Shown here piece after piece: positions 1-10,444 of a DNA stretch of 64,000 bases. The stretch comes from an uncultured delta proteobacterium. GTDB lineage: Bacteria; Desulfobacterota; Syntrophorhabdia; Syntrophorhabdales; WCHB1-27. The position numbers and the translations under genes are program-made. Every line of letters starts with the position of its first letter. Position 1 is the stretch's first letter. The notes under the pieces are model-generated. The model made no database searches. It was not told where the DNA came from and was given only the letters and a program-made list of their open reading frames with translations. The DNA is taken from assembly GCA_963810935.1 (NCBI GenBank), contig CAWEPK010000005.1, positions 224,001 through 288,000 of the forward strand. Direction: 5' to 3'.

Positions 1-44
1 TAGACGGGGAACAGCAGGCAAAGTATTACGAAAAACGTTTTCAC
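1..44 (-). CDS. 5' end of a secreted or membrane protein running off the window edge
   Basis: GTG at 44 with AAAGGAG RBS upstream; reads MKTFFVILCLLFPV (signal-peptide-like). Confidence 0.55.
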   Translation of the reverse strand, partial: MKTFFVILCLLFPV

Positions 45-278
45 AACTCCTTTATATATCATATACGGCCCTTAAGCAATAGTTTTCGCGGTTGTACAAA
101 CCTTTTTCCGGCCGGGTGAGTATATTAGGCTTGATAATCATTTTCAAGAATTATTTGTCACACGCTTATGGAAGACGCGCAACGAAGACGACGACGAAGC
201 TATGCGAAAAAGGTCCCGGCCCCATTCTCCTGCTTCTGCCGCTTCCACTTTCCCGCCTTGTATAGTATCATTTTACTA

Positions 279-2181
279 ATGAAGACAATCGTCATAGGGA
301 CCGCGGGCCATATCGACCACGGGAAGACCGCCCTCATAAAGGCGCTGACCGGCATCGACTGCGACAGGCTCAAAGAAGAAAAAGAACGGGGCATCACCAT
401 CGAGCTGGGCTTCGCTTACTACCGCTTCGGCGACGATATCCTCGTCGGGATCGTAGACGTGCCGGGTCATGAGCGTTTCGTGAGGCACATGGTGGCCGGG
501 GCGTGGGGCATCGATATGGTGCTCTTCGTCGTCGCGGCCGACGAGTCGATCATGCCGCAGACGCGCGAGCACATGGACATATGCGAGCTTCTCGGCGTAG
601 AGCGCGGCATCGTCGCGATCACGAAGAAGGACCTCGTTGACGCGGACATGGTAGACCTCGTCACGGAAGAGGTAAAGGACCTGGCGAAGGGGAGGTTCCT
701 CGAAGGCGCCCCCATCATCCCCGTCTCGTCCACGACAGGGGAGAACATCGACCTGCTGCGCGAAGAGATAAGGCGTAAGGCGCTGGAGATCGACGAGAGG
801 TCGTAGAGGGCATCTTCAGGCTGCCCGTCGACAGGGTCTTCACGATAAAAGGCTTCGGCACCATCGTCACGGGGACCTGCATCTCCGGCAGCCTCCGTCC
901 GGGCGAAGATGCGGAGATATACCCTGCCGGCAAGATAGCCAGGATAAGGACCGTCCAGGCCTACCACCAGGAGGTAAGGGAGGCCGGCGCAGGCCAGCGC
1001 GTAGCCCTCAACCTCCAGGGTGTCGAAAAGCAGGAGATAGACAGGGGGGCCATCGTGGGGCGGCCGGGCACGCTGCTTATGACGAGCCGCATCGACGCAA
1101 CGCTTCGCTACCTGAAGCTCCCGTTCAGGCCCATAAAGAACAACACCATATTGCGCTTTCACATCGCCACTGCGCAGGTCGAGGCGCGGCTCATCCTTCT
1201 GGACAGGGCAGAGCTGGAACCGGGCCAGGAGGCGTACGTCCAGTTCGCCTTTTTCGAGCCCATCGTGATCCTTCCGGGCGACCGCTACATAATGAGGGGC
1301 TCCTACGCCATACAGACGCTGGGCGGCGGCACGGTCCTCGATATAGCGCCGGGCCGGCATAAAAGGATGTCGGACGGCCTCGACGCGGTCCATGACCTGC
1401 TGCGCCGCGGGTCGGTAAGGCAGAAGGCTGAATACCACGTCGAAAAGGGTGGCTACAAGGGCCTGTCCAGGGATTACCTTGCGATGCTCCTCGGTCTCAA
1501 GAAAGAAGGCGCGGACTCGATAGTGGACGAGTTGGTGCGCGAAAAGAAGGTACGGGCCGTAGCCAAGACGGTTGTAAAGGCCGAGCGGTTTGACTCCTAC
1601 AAAAAGCTGCTCGAAGGGCTGCTAAAGGAATTCCACGAAAAAAACCCGCTCAAGGTAGGCATCTCCCGCGAAGAGCTCGAGGACCAGGCTGCCGGAGACC
1701 GACCAGCAGGTCTTCCAGGCCGGCCTCGAAGAATTGGCGGGGCAGGGTGTCGCCGAGATCGAGAAAGACCGGGTCAGGCTCAAGAGCGCGGCGCAGAAGC
1801 AGGACCAGTCGGCCGACAGGCTTGCCGGCCGGATCGTCTCGCGTCTCGAGGCGGCCGGCCTCACGCCGCCTACCTTCGCCGAGCTCGACGGAGGAGCTTC
1901 ATGTGAGCGAGGGCGCCATGCGGGACATCATGGGAAAGCTCGCCTATGAAGGGAAGGTCGTCAGGGTTAAGAGCGATATGTATTTCAGCGGAAGGAGCAT
2001 CGATGGGCTTAAAGGGACCGTCGTCGAGAACCTCGGCCGGCAGAAGGAGATGTCCCCGATGGACTTCAAGGCCGTTTTCGGCCTGTCAAGGAAGTATATG
2101 ATACCGCTGCTCGAATACCTCGACGAGATAAAGCTGACAATCAGGAAAGGCGATAAAAGGGTGCTGAGGACTGGCGCCTGA
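279..2181 (+). CDS. selB: Selenocysteine-specific translation elongation factor (3 apparent frameshifts near 800, 1680, 1890)
   Basis: [59 protein letters not shown] continues in another frame; C-terminal [23 protein letters not shown] winged-helix motif. Confidence 0.95.
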
Positions 2182-2191
2182 AGCTATCATT

Positions 2192-2282
2192 GGGGCTCAG
2201 CGCCCCCTCCACGGGCAAAGCCCATGGAGCCACCCCGCTCGGTGCTGCGCTGCGCTTGCTTTATTGCCGCCTGGCGCGGCAA
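2192..2282 (+). repeat. Dispersed REP-like structured repeat, copy A, with trailing hairpin
   Basis: GGGGCTCAGCGCCCCCTCC - hairpin - CCCCGCTCGGTGCTGCGCTGCGCTTGCTTTA; homologous to copies at 2288, 28930-29030 and 56302. Confidence 0.85.
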
Positions 2283-2287
2283 TTATT

Positions 2288-2359
2288 GGGGCTCAGCGCC
2301 CCCTCCGCAAGCGAAGCTCGCGGAGCCTCCCTGCTCGGCGCGGCGCTGCGCTTGCTTTA
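2288..2359 (+). repeat. Dispersed REP-like structured repeat, copy B (tandem to A)
   Basis: Same 5' and 3' boxes as copy A with a different internal hairpin. Confidence 0.85.
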
Positions 2360-2369
2360 ACCGGCCGGC

Positions 2370-2987
2370 TCAAGGCTTGCACGCCTTGCACGGCACGTAC
2401 CCTATCCGGATGGGATCGCCCCGGTCTCTGAAAATGATCTTGTTCCTCTCCGGCACCTTATTGCTCAACGGGCAGGACGGCTTGTGGAACGTGTAAGTCC
2501 GTTTGTTCCCGATGTAGTAAGGGGTGGTTTCCTGCTTTTGCTCCTGCCAGAGCCCCGCGTACCTTCGGGCCGCTTCTTTCTCGTAGCGCTGGAACAGCTC
2601 CTTGTGCCTCTCGTCGAGCCGGCGCACGTCTGTGCGGGCATAGCCGAGCCTCACCATCTCGCCGTTGACCAGAGTGTTTTTTACATAGATATAGGCAGAA
2701 ATCTTGCCTTCAGTATCTTTGCCGCCGTCGACTATGATGCGGACTTTCTTTAACAGCACCATGCTTTTGTTGAACCGGGCGGCCTCTCTCGCAAAGAACT
2801 GGGGGCCTCCCTCGCTCTTCTTCAGGTGGGGGGCGTCGATGCCGGCGTACCGGACGATGTCGCCGTTCTCGAGGACGATCGTATTCCCGTCGATCACCTT
2901 TGTTACAACGAGTTCCTTCTCGCCCGCCTCCACCTGGAAGGCCCAGAAAACAAGGACCAGCACCGAAATCGCGAGAAGCTTGTGCAT
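2370..2987 (-). CDS. Secreted thermonuclease (SNase-like) with C-terminal Ada-type metal-binding domain
   Basis: Signal peptide; VIDGNTI, VRYAGIDAP, EMVRLGYA, GLW; C-terminal YIGNK..FHKPSC...GYVPCKACKP. Confidence 0.85.
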   Translation of the reverse strand: MHKLLAISVLVLVFWAFQVEAGEKELVVTKVIDGNTIVLENGDIVRYAGIDAPHLKKSEGGPQFFAREAARFNKSMVLLKKVRIIVDGGKDTEGKISAYIYVKNTLVNGEMVRLGYARTDVRRLDERHKELFQRYEKEAARRYAGLWQEQKQETTPYYIGNKRTYTFHKPSCPLSNKVPERNKIIFRDRGDPIRIGYVPCKACKP

Positions 2988-3200
2988 ACCGGGCACATTC
3001 TACATCATTTCAGGCCGGCTTTCCATCTCCCCGGAGCGGCCTGCCGTGCCGGGCGCATTTGCGAAAATTCTCAGCGCTTAGTGGGAAGAAAGCGCCGCCC
3101 CGCCGGGCGCATGTTTGCAAAGGACTGCGGCGCACACCACACAACATTTGAAAGTACCTTAAGACAGGAAGCGAAGGGTAAATCTCACCGGGTTAGCGCC

Positions 3201-4782
3201 TTAACTCCGATGGGCCCCCGTTCCGGACAAACGCTTTTTTCCAAAAGGGATATTGAGCTTCCTCATCTTTGTTCTAAGGGTGGAGGGGTTTATCTCGAGC
3301 AGCTTCGCCGCACCCCCTGCGCCCTCTATACGTCCGCCCGTTATTTCCAGCGCACGCCTGATGTGGTTCATTACAAGCGCCTCCAGGGCCAACATCCCAT
3401 TGTCGGCCGAAAAGGTTTCGGCCGCCGGTAAGCTCTTCTTTCCCGCTTCCCCCAGGTCCTCAAATGCCAGCGGCCTTCCTCCGCTAAGTATGAGTGCTCT
3501 TTCAACCACGTTCTGCAGCTCACGCACATTTCCCGGCCAGGAATAACTCATTAGCCTGTCAATGGCGCCGGGTGCGAGTGTCGGGATATCGACCAGACCC
3601 ATCTCCCGCGCCCTCTTGGTAATGAAATACTGAACAAAACCGGGAATATCGCCCAGCCTTTCCCTCAAAGGAGGAATCGTGACGGGGAAGACACGGAGGC
3701 GAAAATAGAGGTCTTCCCTGAACCTCCCTTCCCTCATCATCGATTCAAGGTTGCGGTGCGTCGCCGCAATTATGCGGATATCGAGAGGTATCTCTTCCGT
3801 TCCTCCGACCCGCTCGATCTTCTTTTCCTGGATTACTCTCAGCAGCCTTACCTGCGCCCCCGGGGTAAGCTCGCCGATCTCGTCGAGAAAGATGGTGCCC
3901 ATATGAGCGCGCTCGAAGCGGCCCCGCTTCTGGAAAAGGGCGCCGGTGAAGGCCCCTTTATCATGGCCGAAGAGCTCGCTGTCCATGAGCGATTCGGGAA
4001 TGGCGCCGCAGTTTACCTTGATAAGCGGTCCGGTCCGGCGGTGAGAAAGGTTGTGGATGGCATTCGCGATAACTTCCTTGCCCGTTCCTGTCTCGCCAAG
4101 GAGGAGAACGGGACTCGACAGAGGCGCGACCTGACGTGCCAGGTCCATGACGTGTTTCAGGCCGTAATTGCTCCCTACTACCTCTTCCCCTGTCTCCCTG
4201 CGAAGTTCTTCCTGCAAATAGCGGTTGTCGTCCGCAAGGATGTCCTTCAGCCGCAAAACCTCGCGGTAGCGCATATAGTTGACGAAAGCGATGACGAAGG
4301 GCTCCTCCAGCATGGAAAAAAGGCGCACATGTTCTTCGGTGTACTTTTCGTCCCCGCGGTTCGCTATAAAGATCCCGCCGAACTGCCTCCACTTCGGACT
4401 GGGCCCGATCGCCATTACCGCTGTATTGGGGTTCTTCAAGACGTCGGCAAAAGGGGACAATAAGGGGTGTTCACCCACGTGATCCGCCACAACAATCGAT
4501 TCAAGGCTTCTCACTGCCCCGGATTCTGGAATCGACGATCCGGACAACCTCGGGGGGGAACGCTACCTTGATGGAGACCATCTCTCCTCCGTGAATATCG
4601 GCCCGAACGATGGTCTCGCCCACGCCCGTACCAGGCTCATAGAGGTTCAGGAATATCTCGTCTGCGGGGATATAGTCGCGGATATATATGAGACAATCCC
4701 AGAGGGCCTTCTCGATCTCCGGGGTTCCGCATATTCTGAGCGTCACTTCCCGGAAAAAATCCTTTTCGTCTACCGTCTTCAC
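3201..4782 (-). CDS. Sigma-54-dependent Fis-family activator with GAF-like N-terminus (frameshift at G7 run near 4555)
   Basis: GETGTGKE, ELFGHDKGAFTGA, FLDEIGEL, WPGNVRELQN, C-terminal HTH; N-terminus in ORF 4501..4782. Confidence 0.92.
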
Positions 4783-4928
4783 GGTTCTCCTTTCTGCTCA
4801 ACGAGTAACTGCTGTATTGGACAGTATAGCACGTAACATGCGGAATAAAACAGCCAGTTTCTGCTTTATGCCACGGCCAACATACGGCCTTATCGTCTAA
4901 GTCATTGTATTTAAACGGTCTATCCGTA

Positions 4929-4944
4929 TGGCACGGTTCAAGCA
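4929..4944 (+). promoter_or_regulatory. Putative sigma-54 (-24/-12) promoter
   Basis: TGGCACGGTTCAAGCA (GG-N10-GC), divergent from the sigma-54 activator. Confidence 0.55.
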
Positions 4945-4979
4945 TACGACACTTTAAAACAATACGGTGTGACAGACGA

Positions 4980-5261
4980 GTGAAAAGTATCGAGATCATA
5001 TCGCTTCGTACCACGATGAACCTAGAGCCCCAACTCTACGCGGACCTCTGTGCAGCCTGCCGGGAAGCAAAGAAATCGCATGGAGCAGAGGCGGAGGTGT
5101 ACGCGAGCGGCGACGTCCCCGGTGATCTTGCCGTCATCCTTTCGTGGGTAGGAACGTCGCTCACGGGAGAAAAGAGCAACCTGGGGCAAATGCTATCTAC
5201 CGCACTGAAGCGTTTCGGGCTGGTCGATCATGCGGTATGGGTGACGACCGAGAAGGGATAG
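4980..5261 (+). CDS. Small hypothetical protein
   Basis: GTG start just after the sigma-54 motif; VKSIEIISLR...LKRFGLVDHAVW. Confidence 0.65.
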   Translation: MKSIEIISLRTTMNLEPQLYADLCAACREAKKSHGAEAEVYASGDVPGDLAVILSWVGTSLTGEKSNLGQMLSTALKRFGLVDHAVWVTTEKG

Positions 5262-5271
5262 GCAAGGATGG

Positions 5272-5949
5272 GTGAAAATGGATATGGGAAGAGAACCTTA
5301 CAGCATCGGGCGGGCAGGCGGTGCAATTTACTCTTTGTCAGACAAGCGGAATAGGTACGAAGACAGCGACAGACAGGGGAGAGGAAGCTTATGTCGAGAC
5401 ATCGGGAAATCCTATGGCGTCCGTGTGTTCTTCGTTCTTACAGTCTGCCCGCTCTTTCTATGGTTTGTCTTCATCGAAGTTTGTCAGGCAGAGAATGGAG
5501 TCTCGATCGGGTATGGCTTCGGTGCCTGGAACGGAAACGGAATAGGGCACATCGAGCAAAAGAAATCCTACGACTACGGGACGGGCTCCTATTTTTACGA
5601 AAAGCCCCTTACGTCGGCGCTCGCCTTCATGATCGAGCCTTTTGTCGGCTCCGTCAGCAGGCCGGTTGCGGGGGCCGATGTCGGCTTCAGTATGTATATC
5701 AAGGCATATCTGCCTAAACTCTCGCCGGAAAATCGGTTCTATTTTACGGCTGGCCCTGGGGCGGCTTATACAAGCGTCAAGTTCATGGAACAAGGAACTC
5801 ACGGTCTCTTTGTCCTTCAGGGCGGGGTTGGATACAGGAGGGGAAGGCTCTTCATCGAGAACCGGTTCCATCATTACTCCAACGGAGGGCTGGCGACTCC
5901 GAACCGCTCGGTCAACTCCAACCTGGTGGTGATAGGATGCTATTTTTGA
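5272..5949 (+). CDS. Lipid A 3-O-deacylase PagL / acyloxyacyl hydrolase family outer-membrane beta-barrel (start probably further downstream)
   Basis: RFHHYSNGGLATPNRSVN matches the PagL H-x-S-N-x-G motif; terminal aromatic YF; hydrophobic signal mid-ORF. Confidence 0.8.
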   Translation: MKMDMGREPYSIGRAGGAIYSLSDKRNRYEDSDRQGRGSLCRDIGKSYGVRVFFVLTVCPLFLWFVFIEVCQAENGVSIGYGFGAWNGNGIGHIEQKKSYDYGTGSYFYEKPLTSALAFMIEPFVGSVSRPVAGADVGFSMYIKAYLPKLSPENRFYFTAGPGAAYTSVKFMEQGTHGLFVLQGGVGYRRGRLFIENRFHHYSNGGLATPNRSVNSNLVVIGCYF

Positions 5950-6356
5950 TTTCCGCTTTATCGATATTCCCGGAACAACATAGGCTCGGGAAGAAACAGC
6001 GTAAGAAAGATGAGGCCCCCGTCGGGATGGAAGAGTGAAAACGAGACAATTCCTTGACTCGAAATGCCTGGAACCTTAGCCAAGGGAGCCTGAAGCAGTG
6101 AGTGCAGCGATGACAACTCAGGCACTAACTGGTTGCGGAATGGTCCCCGCCTTATCGGAGACAGCGGACACAATCGAAGACGAGACGCGCCAGGCGTTTG
6201 GACCGGAGGGAAGGGGTGTGTGGTACGACGGCCTGCTGCTCGCTGTTTCTTTCACGCTTCTCCTTCTCGGCCTTCTGCCTCTGGAAAAGAAAGGGCCCCA
6301 GGGGACTTGCCCGCCCGGTTGTTCCCGGTGACGACCGAATACGCAGGAGGAAGGGA

Positions 6357-6617
6357 GTGGGAGAGACGACCGCAGTCGAAAAGGAACAGCGAAAACAAGG
6401 TGACGGAGAGATCAGGGAGAGCGATGTGGCGGCCGCGACGCAAACGAATAAGGCCAGGGGCGCCGGGGCCAATTTGATCGTTCAGATGAAGAAGATGTTC
6501 AAATTGGATGAAAGCAGGTACCGGAAGGAACTCCGTTTCCCTTACTACCGGGGCTACCTGGAAGGCCAGATGAAAATGATAAGGTTCGTCGAAACATTCC
6601 TTCGCGAGAAGGAATGA
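6357..6617 (+). CDS. Hypothetical protein
   Basis: AGGAGG RBS then GTG at 6357, in frame with ORF 6198..6617. Confidence 0.5.
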   Translation: MGETTAVEKEQRKQGDGEIRESDVAAATQTNKARGAGANLIVQMKKMFKLDESRYRKELRFPYYRGYLEGQMKMIRFVETFLREKE

Positions 6618-6763
6618 ATCGGGTGGCGTATCCGGTGCATGACGGAGGACAAACAATTTCCGTCAGTCGATTCATGGAGTGGGGCGCGATAAGGACGGAT
6701 CGTACCGCACGGCAAAGACCAGGAAGGGAGTAAACAGAAAAAACCGCCCGTGGAGCCGGACCT

Positions 6764-7162
6764 ATGATGAGGGATCGGAAGCCGAGGGTAATCATAATAG
6801 ACGAGAACAGGGCAATCAGAGAGTTATATGGTCTGGAACTTGCGGACAACGGATACAACGTTGTTATGGTGGGAGACACAGCGGCCGTTGATGAAGCGAT
6901 CGGCAGCTTCAAGCCCGACCTTGTAATTCTCGATCCGTGGATCGGAGGAAAGTACAGGTGGGATCTGCTGTCCGGCATTAAGCAAGCGCATTCCTCGATA
7001 CCCGTCATTCTTTGCCTCGCTTTCGGCGCACCCGTTCCTTTCCACGCGCCCTTTCCTAAAGATCTGATTCCGGCTGAAAGTTTCGTGGTCAAAAGCATGC
7101 GTATCGAGGATCTCCTTCTCAAGGTCGGACAGATTATACAAGGAAGTGGAGAAAATAAATGA
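6764..7162 (+). CDS. Stand-alone response-regulator receiver domain protein
   Basis: IIIDEN, PDLVILD, IPVI, VVKS receiver pattern. Confidence 0.8.
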   Translation: MMRDRKPRVIIIDENRAIRELYGLELADNGYNVVMVGDTAAVDEAIGSFKPDLVILDPWIGGKYRWDLLSGIKQAHSSIPVILCLAFGAPVPFHAPFPKDLIPAESFVVKSMRIEDLLLKVGQIIQGSGENK

Positions 7163-7289
7163 CTGACTGCTTATCGCATGGTGCGTCGATATGCGCTTAA
7201 TGCGTATTTCGCGCAGGCGGTCTCCTGCGGTAATGACCGGGCGACTTTACTTCAGAGTTGGCCAATTTTAATGAAGAGAGAGATGAGGT

Positions 7290-7535
7290 ATGTCGACAGG
7301 TACGGTAAAGTGGTTCAACGATAGAAGGGGCTTCGGATTTATCAACGGTGAGGACGGGGAGATAGTCTTCGTGCATTATAAGGCCATCCTTGGGGAAGGA
7401 TACAAGTCGCTTCTCCAGGGCCAGCCGGTCAGTTACGAGATCGTGGAGACCCCGAAAGGCATGCACGCAGTAAACGTAATAAAACTGGATAACGGTGTGC
7501 AAATTGTAAATCTCAGCCGTAAAGACACGGGTTAG
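7290..7535 (+). CDS. Cold-shock domain protein
   Basis: GTVKWFNDRRGFGFI, VFVHY, GYKSL..GQ; GAGGT RBS. Confidence 0.93.
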   Translation: MSTGTVKWFNDRRGFGFINGEDGEIVFVHYKAILGEGYKSLLQGQPVSYEIVETPKGMHAVNVIKLDNGVQIVNLSRKDTG

Positions 7536-7983
7536 AGCAACAGTCTGGTCGGCGTGGGACGAGAGAGCTTGTTCGACCTTATCCGCGACGAGGCCCCCGC
7601 GCGATACCGGAAGATAATGCACTCTGTGTGGATTTCGGAAGAATAGAGGGAGGACGACGCAAGGACCGGTCTTTGACCCCCTGCATGAAAACTCAGCGAG
7701 AAATGGCGCCAAAGATTTCGGCAATTACGGTGTTTGCGCTTCTACCGGGTATCCTCGTAGTGGACGTCCGGGCCAAGGAGGTTTACGTCTTTGGCGGCGC
7801 GAGAACTGCACCACCCATGCCGACAGTACAGTGACGGCGTGCGCGCTCCAGCAGGGAGATAAGAGCTTAAGGTTGTTCGCGGTCTCTTTCTGTTCGGCCA
7901 CCGGGTGCGTTGAGGGCGCCGCGCCGGGAAAACGGCGGAAAAGGCGCCAAATTTCCTCCGGCTGCCATAACTCTCCAAACTAC

Positions 7984-8012
7984 TTGACACCATCCCCCGC
8001 CCATTATAATAT
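7984..8012 (+). promoter_or_regulatory. Putative sigma-70 promoter of the thiolase gene
   Basis: TTGACA followed by TATAAT (15-nt spacer) or TAATAT (17-nt spacer). Confidence 0.5.
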
Positions 8013-8098
8013 AGGAGTGATTTTACAGATTGAAATGCTCGCCCGCTACATGGAACGCACTTCATGCCGGGCACGGAATTAAAAACTAGGAGGAGTCC

Positions 8099-9304
8099 AT
8101 GAAAGCTTACACCAAGGCGTACATTCCTTACGGCGGTTACTACTCGACGCCTTTCAGCCGCTGGCAGGGAAGCATGCAGAACGACAACGCGGTGAGCCTC
8201 GCGGCCAACACGGCAAGAAGGTGGTTCCTGGAAAAGAGGCAGCTCGATCCGACCATCATCGATTACCTTTACCTCGGGTCCACCGTCGCCCAGAACCACT
8301 GGTTCATCGCACACAACTGGGCGGCCGCGATACTTACCGACGACAAGAAATACGTACCGGGCCTTTTCGTCAACCAGTGCTGCGCAACCTCGGCGACCGC
8401 GATCAACCTCGCCGCGAAGGACATGGAGCTGGGCGTCTATGAAGTGGCCTATGCGCTCATGACCGACCGCTGCTCCAACGGCCCCCACACCGTATGGCCC
8501 GACCCCCTCGGCCCCGGCGGACAGCCGGACAGGGAGGACTGGAACATGGACAACTTCGGCGGGAACCCGAAGCACCGGGCTCTCATGGTCCAGACGGCGG
8601 AGAACGTCGCTGCCGAATTCGGAATCACCAAAGACGAGTGCGATGCCGTCGTGCTGCGGCGCTACGAGCAGTTCATGGAAGGACGCGCGAACGACAGGGC
8701 TTTCCAGAAACGTTACATGTTCGCCCCGCAGCTTACCGTAACCCGGAAGAAGACCATGCTCCTCGAAGAGGATGAGGGCTGGACGCCCACGAGCGCGGAA
8801 GGGCTCGCCAAACTGAAGCCCGTAGTGCCGGGCGGCTGCCTGAGCTTCGGCGCCCAGACGTTCCCCGCGGACGGCAATTGCGGGATTATCGTAACGACCA
8901 GGGAGCGGGCCAAAGAGCTGGCCACCGACCCGAAGATAGAGGTGCAGATCGTCTCCTACGGCTACGCAAGGGTTAAGCCGATGTTCATGCCGGCCGCTCC
9001 TATCCCCGCAGCCGAAATGGCCCTTGCCAACGCAGGCATAAAGCTGTCTGAGGTTAAGGCCGTCAAGACCCATAACCCGTTCGCAGTCAACGATGTCGCC
9101 TTTGCGAAGAAGACAGGTTATGACGTCATGAAGATGAACAACAACGGCTCCTCGCTGATTTACGGCCATCCCCAGGGACCTACCGGGGGTAGAGCAGTCG
9201 CCGAGATGATAGAGGAGCTTGCGCTTCTCGGCGGCGGTTATGGCCTGTTTACGGGCTGCGCCGCCGGTGATGCCGCAGCAGCCCTCATCATAAAGGTAGG
9301 CTGA
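8099..9304 (+). CDS. Thiolase family (acetyl-CoA C-acyltransferase)
   Basis: NQCCATS, PADGNCG, HNPFA, GHPQGPTGGR, TGCAAGD; AGGAG RBS. Confidence 0.92.
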   Translation: MKAYTKAYIPYGGYYSTPFSRWQGSMQNDNAVSLAANTARRWFLEKRQLDPTIIDYLYLGSTVAQNHWFIAHNWAAAILTDDKKYVPGLFVNQCCATSATAINLAAKDMELGVYEVAYALMTDRCSNGPHTVWPDPLGPGGQPDREDWNMDNFGGNPKHRALMVQTAENVAAEFGITKDECDAVVLRRYEQFMEGRANDRAFQKRYMFAPQLTVTRKKTMLLEEDEGWTPTSAEGLAKLKPVVPGGCLSFGAQTFPADGNCGIIVTTRERAKELATDPKIEVQIVSYGYARVKPMFMPAAPIPAAEMALANAGIKLSEVKAVKTHNPFAVNDVAFAKKTGYDVMKMNNNGSSLIYGHPQGPTGGRAVAEMIEELALLGGGYGLFTGCAAGDAAAALIIKVG

Positions 9305-9359
9305 TGCCGGATGCGCCGCACGCCTGACCGGCCGTTGCGGACGTAATAAGATCGAGCAC

Positions 9360-9403
9360 AAAGGGCCGTTTCTCCTTCTTTCGGGAAACGGCCCTTTCCT
9401 TTC
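9360..9403 (+). terminator. Intrinsic terminator
   Basis: AAAGGGCCGTTTC...GAAACGGCCCTTT stem followed by T-rich tract. Confidence 0.75.
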
Positions 9404-9463
9404 TCTGTGCGTAAGTTTTCTCAGGAGGGTTGTCGAAGGGACGAATGGGCACTATGTTTTTAA

Positions 9464-9874
9464 GTGACCTTCAGACGCAACCGGGTGCGGGCGACCGTTC
9501 TGGTCGTAGATGACGACGAGCGGTTCACGGACGTCATGCAGCAGAGCCTGACCCAGCTAAACTACGCAGGCGCCACCTGCAACGACCCGATCGAGGCCCT
9601 CAATCTTTTCTCCAGTATACCCGCCACCTTCGATATAGTGATGGTCGACGAGAACATGCCGAACATGCAGGGCCGCGACCTGGCCATAGCCCTCCTGCGG
9701 GTCAAGGACGACCTGCCCGTTATCCTGATGGCCGACGGTATAGCGCCGCCGCAGGAGGCGGCACGCTCAGCAGGCGTGCGGGCGGTCCTTGTAAAGCCCG
9801 TGCAAAAAGACGAGCTGCAGGCTGTCCTCGAGATGGTCTTAACCAAGGCGGGGCGGAGAGTCGCGGAGATATAA
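9464..9874 (+). CDS. Stand-alone receiver (CheY-like) protein
   Basis: VLVVDDD, FDIVMVDENMPNMQG, LVKPV. Confidence 0.88.
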   Translation: MTFRRNRVRATVLVVDDDERFTDVMQQSLTQLNYAGATCNDPIEALNLFSSIPATFDIVMVDENMPNMQGRDLAIALLRVKDDLPVILMADGIAPPQEAARSAGVRAVLVKPVQKDELQAVLEMVLTKAGRRVAEI

Positions 9875-9914
9875 AAAGGGGCCGGAAGGCGCCAATACAA
9901 GCGTCTTCCGGCCC
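9872..9914 (-). terminator. Terminator between convergent genes
   Basis: GGGCCGGAAGGCGC / GCGTCTTCCGGCCC stem with A-run (U-run on the minus strand). Confidence 0.7.
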
Positions 9915-9934
9915 GTGCTTTCCAGGCTTTACTT

Positions 9935-10432
9935 CTACTTATTCACCGGCTCGAACGCGTAGAAGACCCTTTCCATCATGATCGTGCCTGCCTTTCCCTT
10001 TTCTACGGGCATAGGCGGTACCGGGAAGACCACGAACTGGACTTCGTCGCCGCGCTTCAAGGCGCCGACCGGGCAGTTGACGATCTTGCTGATCATCCTC
10101 TTAACCGGCCCGTCGAACTCGATGACTGCGTGGATCAACGGTGATTCATAGCCGAGGGGCACGCCCTTCACCTCTTCGGAAAGGACGACTACCTTGCCCT
10201 TCTTCGGAAGGTCGACGTACTCAAGGTTCTCTGAATAGCAAGCCGGGCAGATCACTCCCCTCGGAGGGAACGCGATATGACCGCAGTCTTTGCACTTGGT
10301 CGTCGTGAACCGGCCCTGTTTCAGGTTCTCATAGAAAGGCCATACCTTATTGAACTCCTTCGCCTCTATGGGCCACAGGTCCATCGATACGGGATATAGG
10401 TTGTCAAGTATTGGAATTCCTACTACGGACAT
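9935..10432 (-). CDS. DUF35 Zn-ribbon/OB-fold thiolase partner
   Basis: KCKDCGHIAFPPRGVICPAC; directly downstream of a thiolase. Confidence 0.9.
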   Translation of the reverse strand: MSVVGIPILDNLYPVSMDLWPIEAKEFNKVWPFYENLKQGRFTTTKCKDCGHIAFPPRGVICPACYSENLEYVDLPKKGKVVVLSEEVKGVPLGYESPLIHAVIEFDGPVKRMISKIVNCPVGALKRGDEVQFVVFPVPPMPVEKGKAGTIMMERVFYAFEPVNK

Positions 10433-10444
10433 GGTTCGACCTCC

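Noticed and set aside
279..2181. Selenocysteine UGA read-through in or near selB
   Set aside because: The breaks are frame changes, not in-frame UGA; I saw no convincing UGA plus SECIS selenoprotein, selA, selD or tRNA-Sec in the window
2192..2359. CRISPR array
   Set aside because: Only two degenerate tandem units, palindromic internal segments, dispersed copies elsewhere and no cas genes
7535..8090. Hidden gene or riboswitch between csp and the thiolase
   Set aside because: Only short ORFs without motifs, and no riboswitch consensus that I can recognise
7742..9361. Long antisense ORFs (539 aa here; also 24963..26012, 31054..32067 and others)
   Set aside because: Shadows of real genes in high-GC DNA, with no motifs
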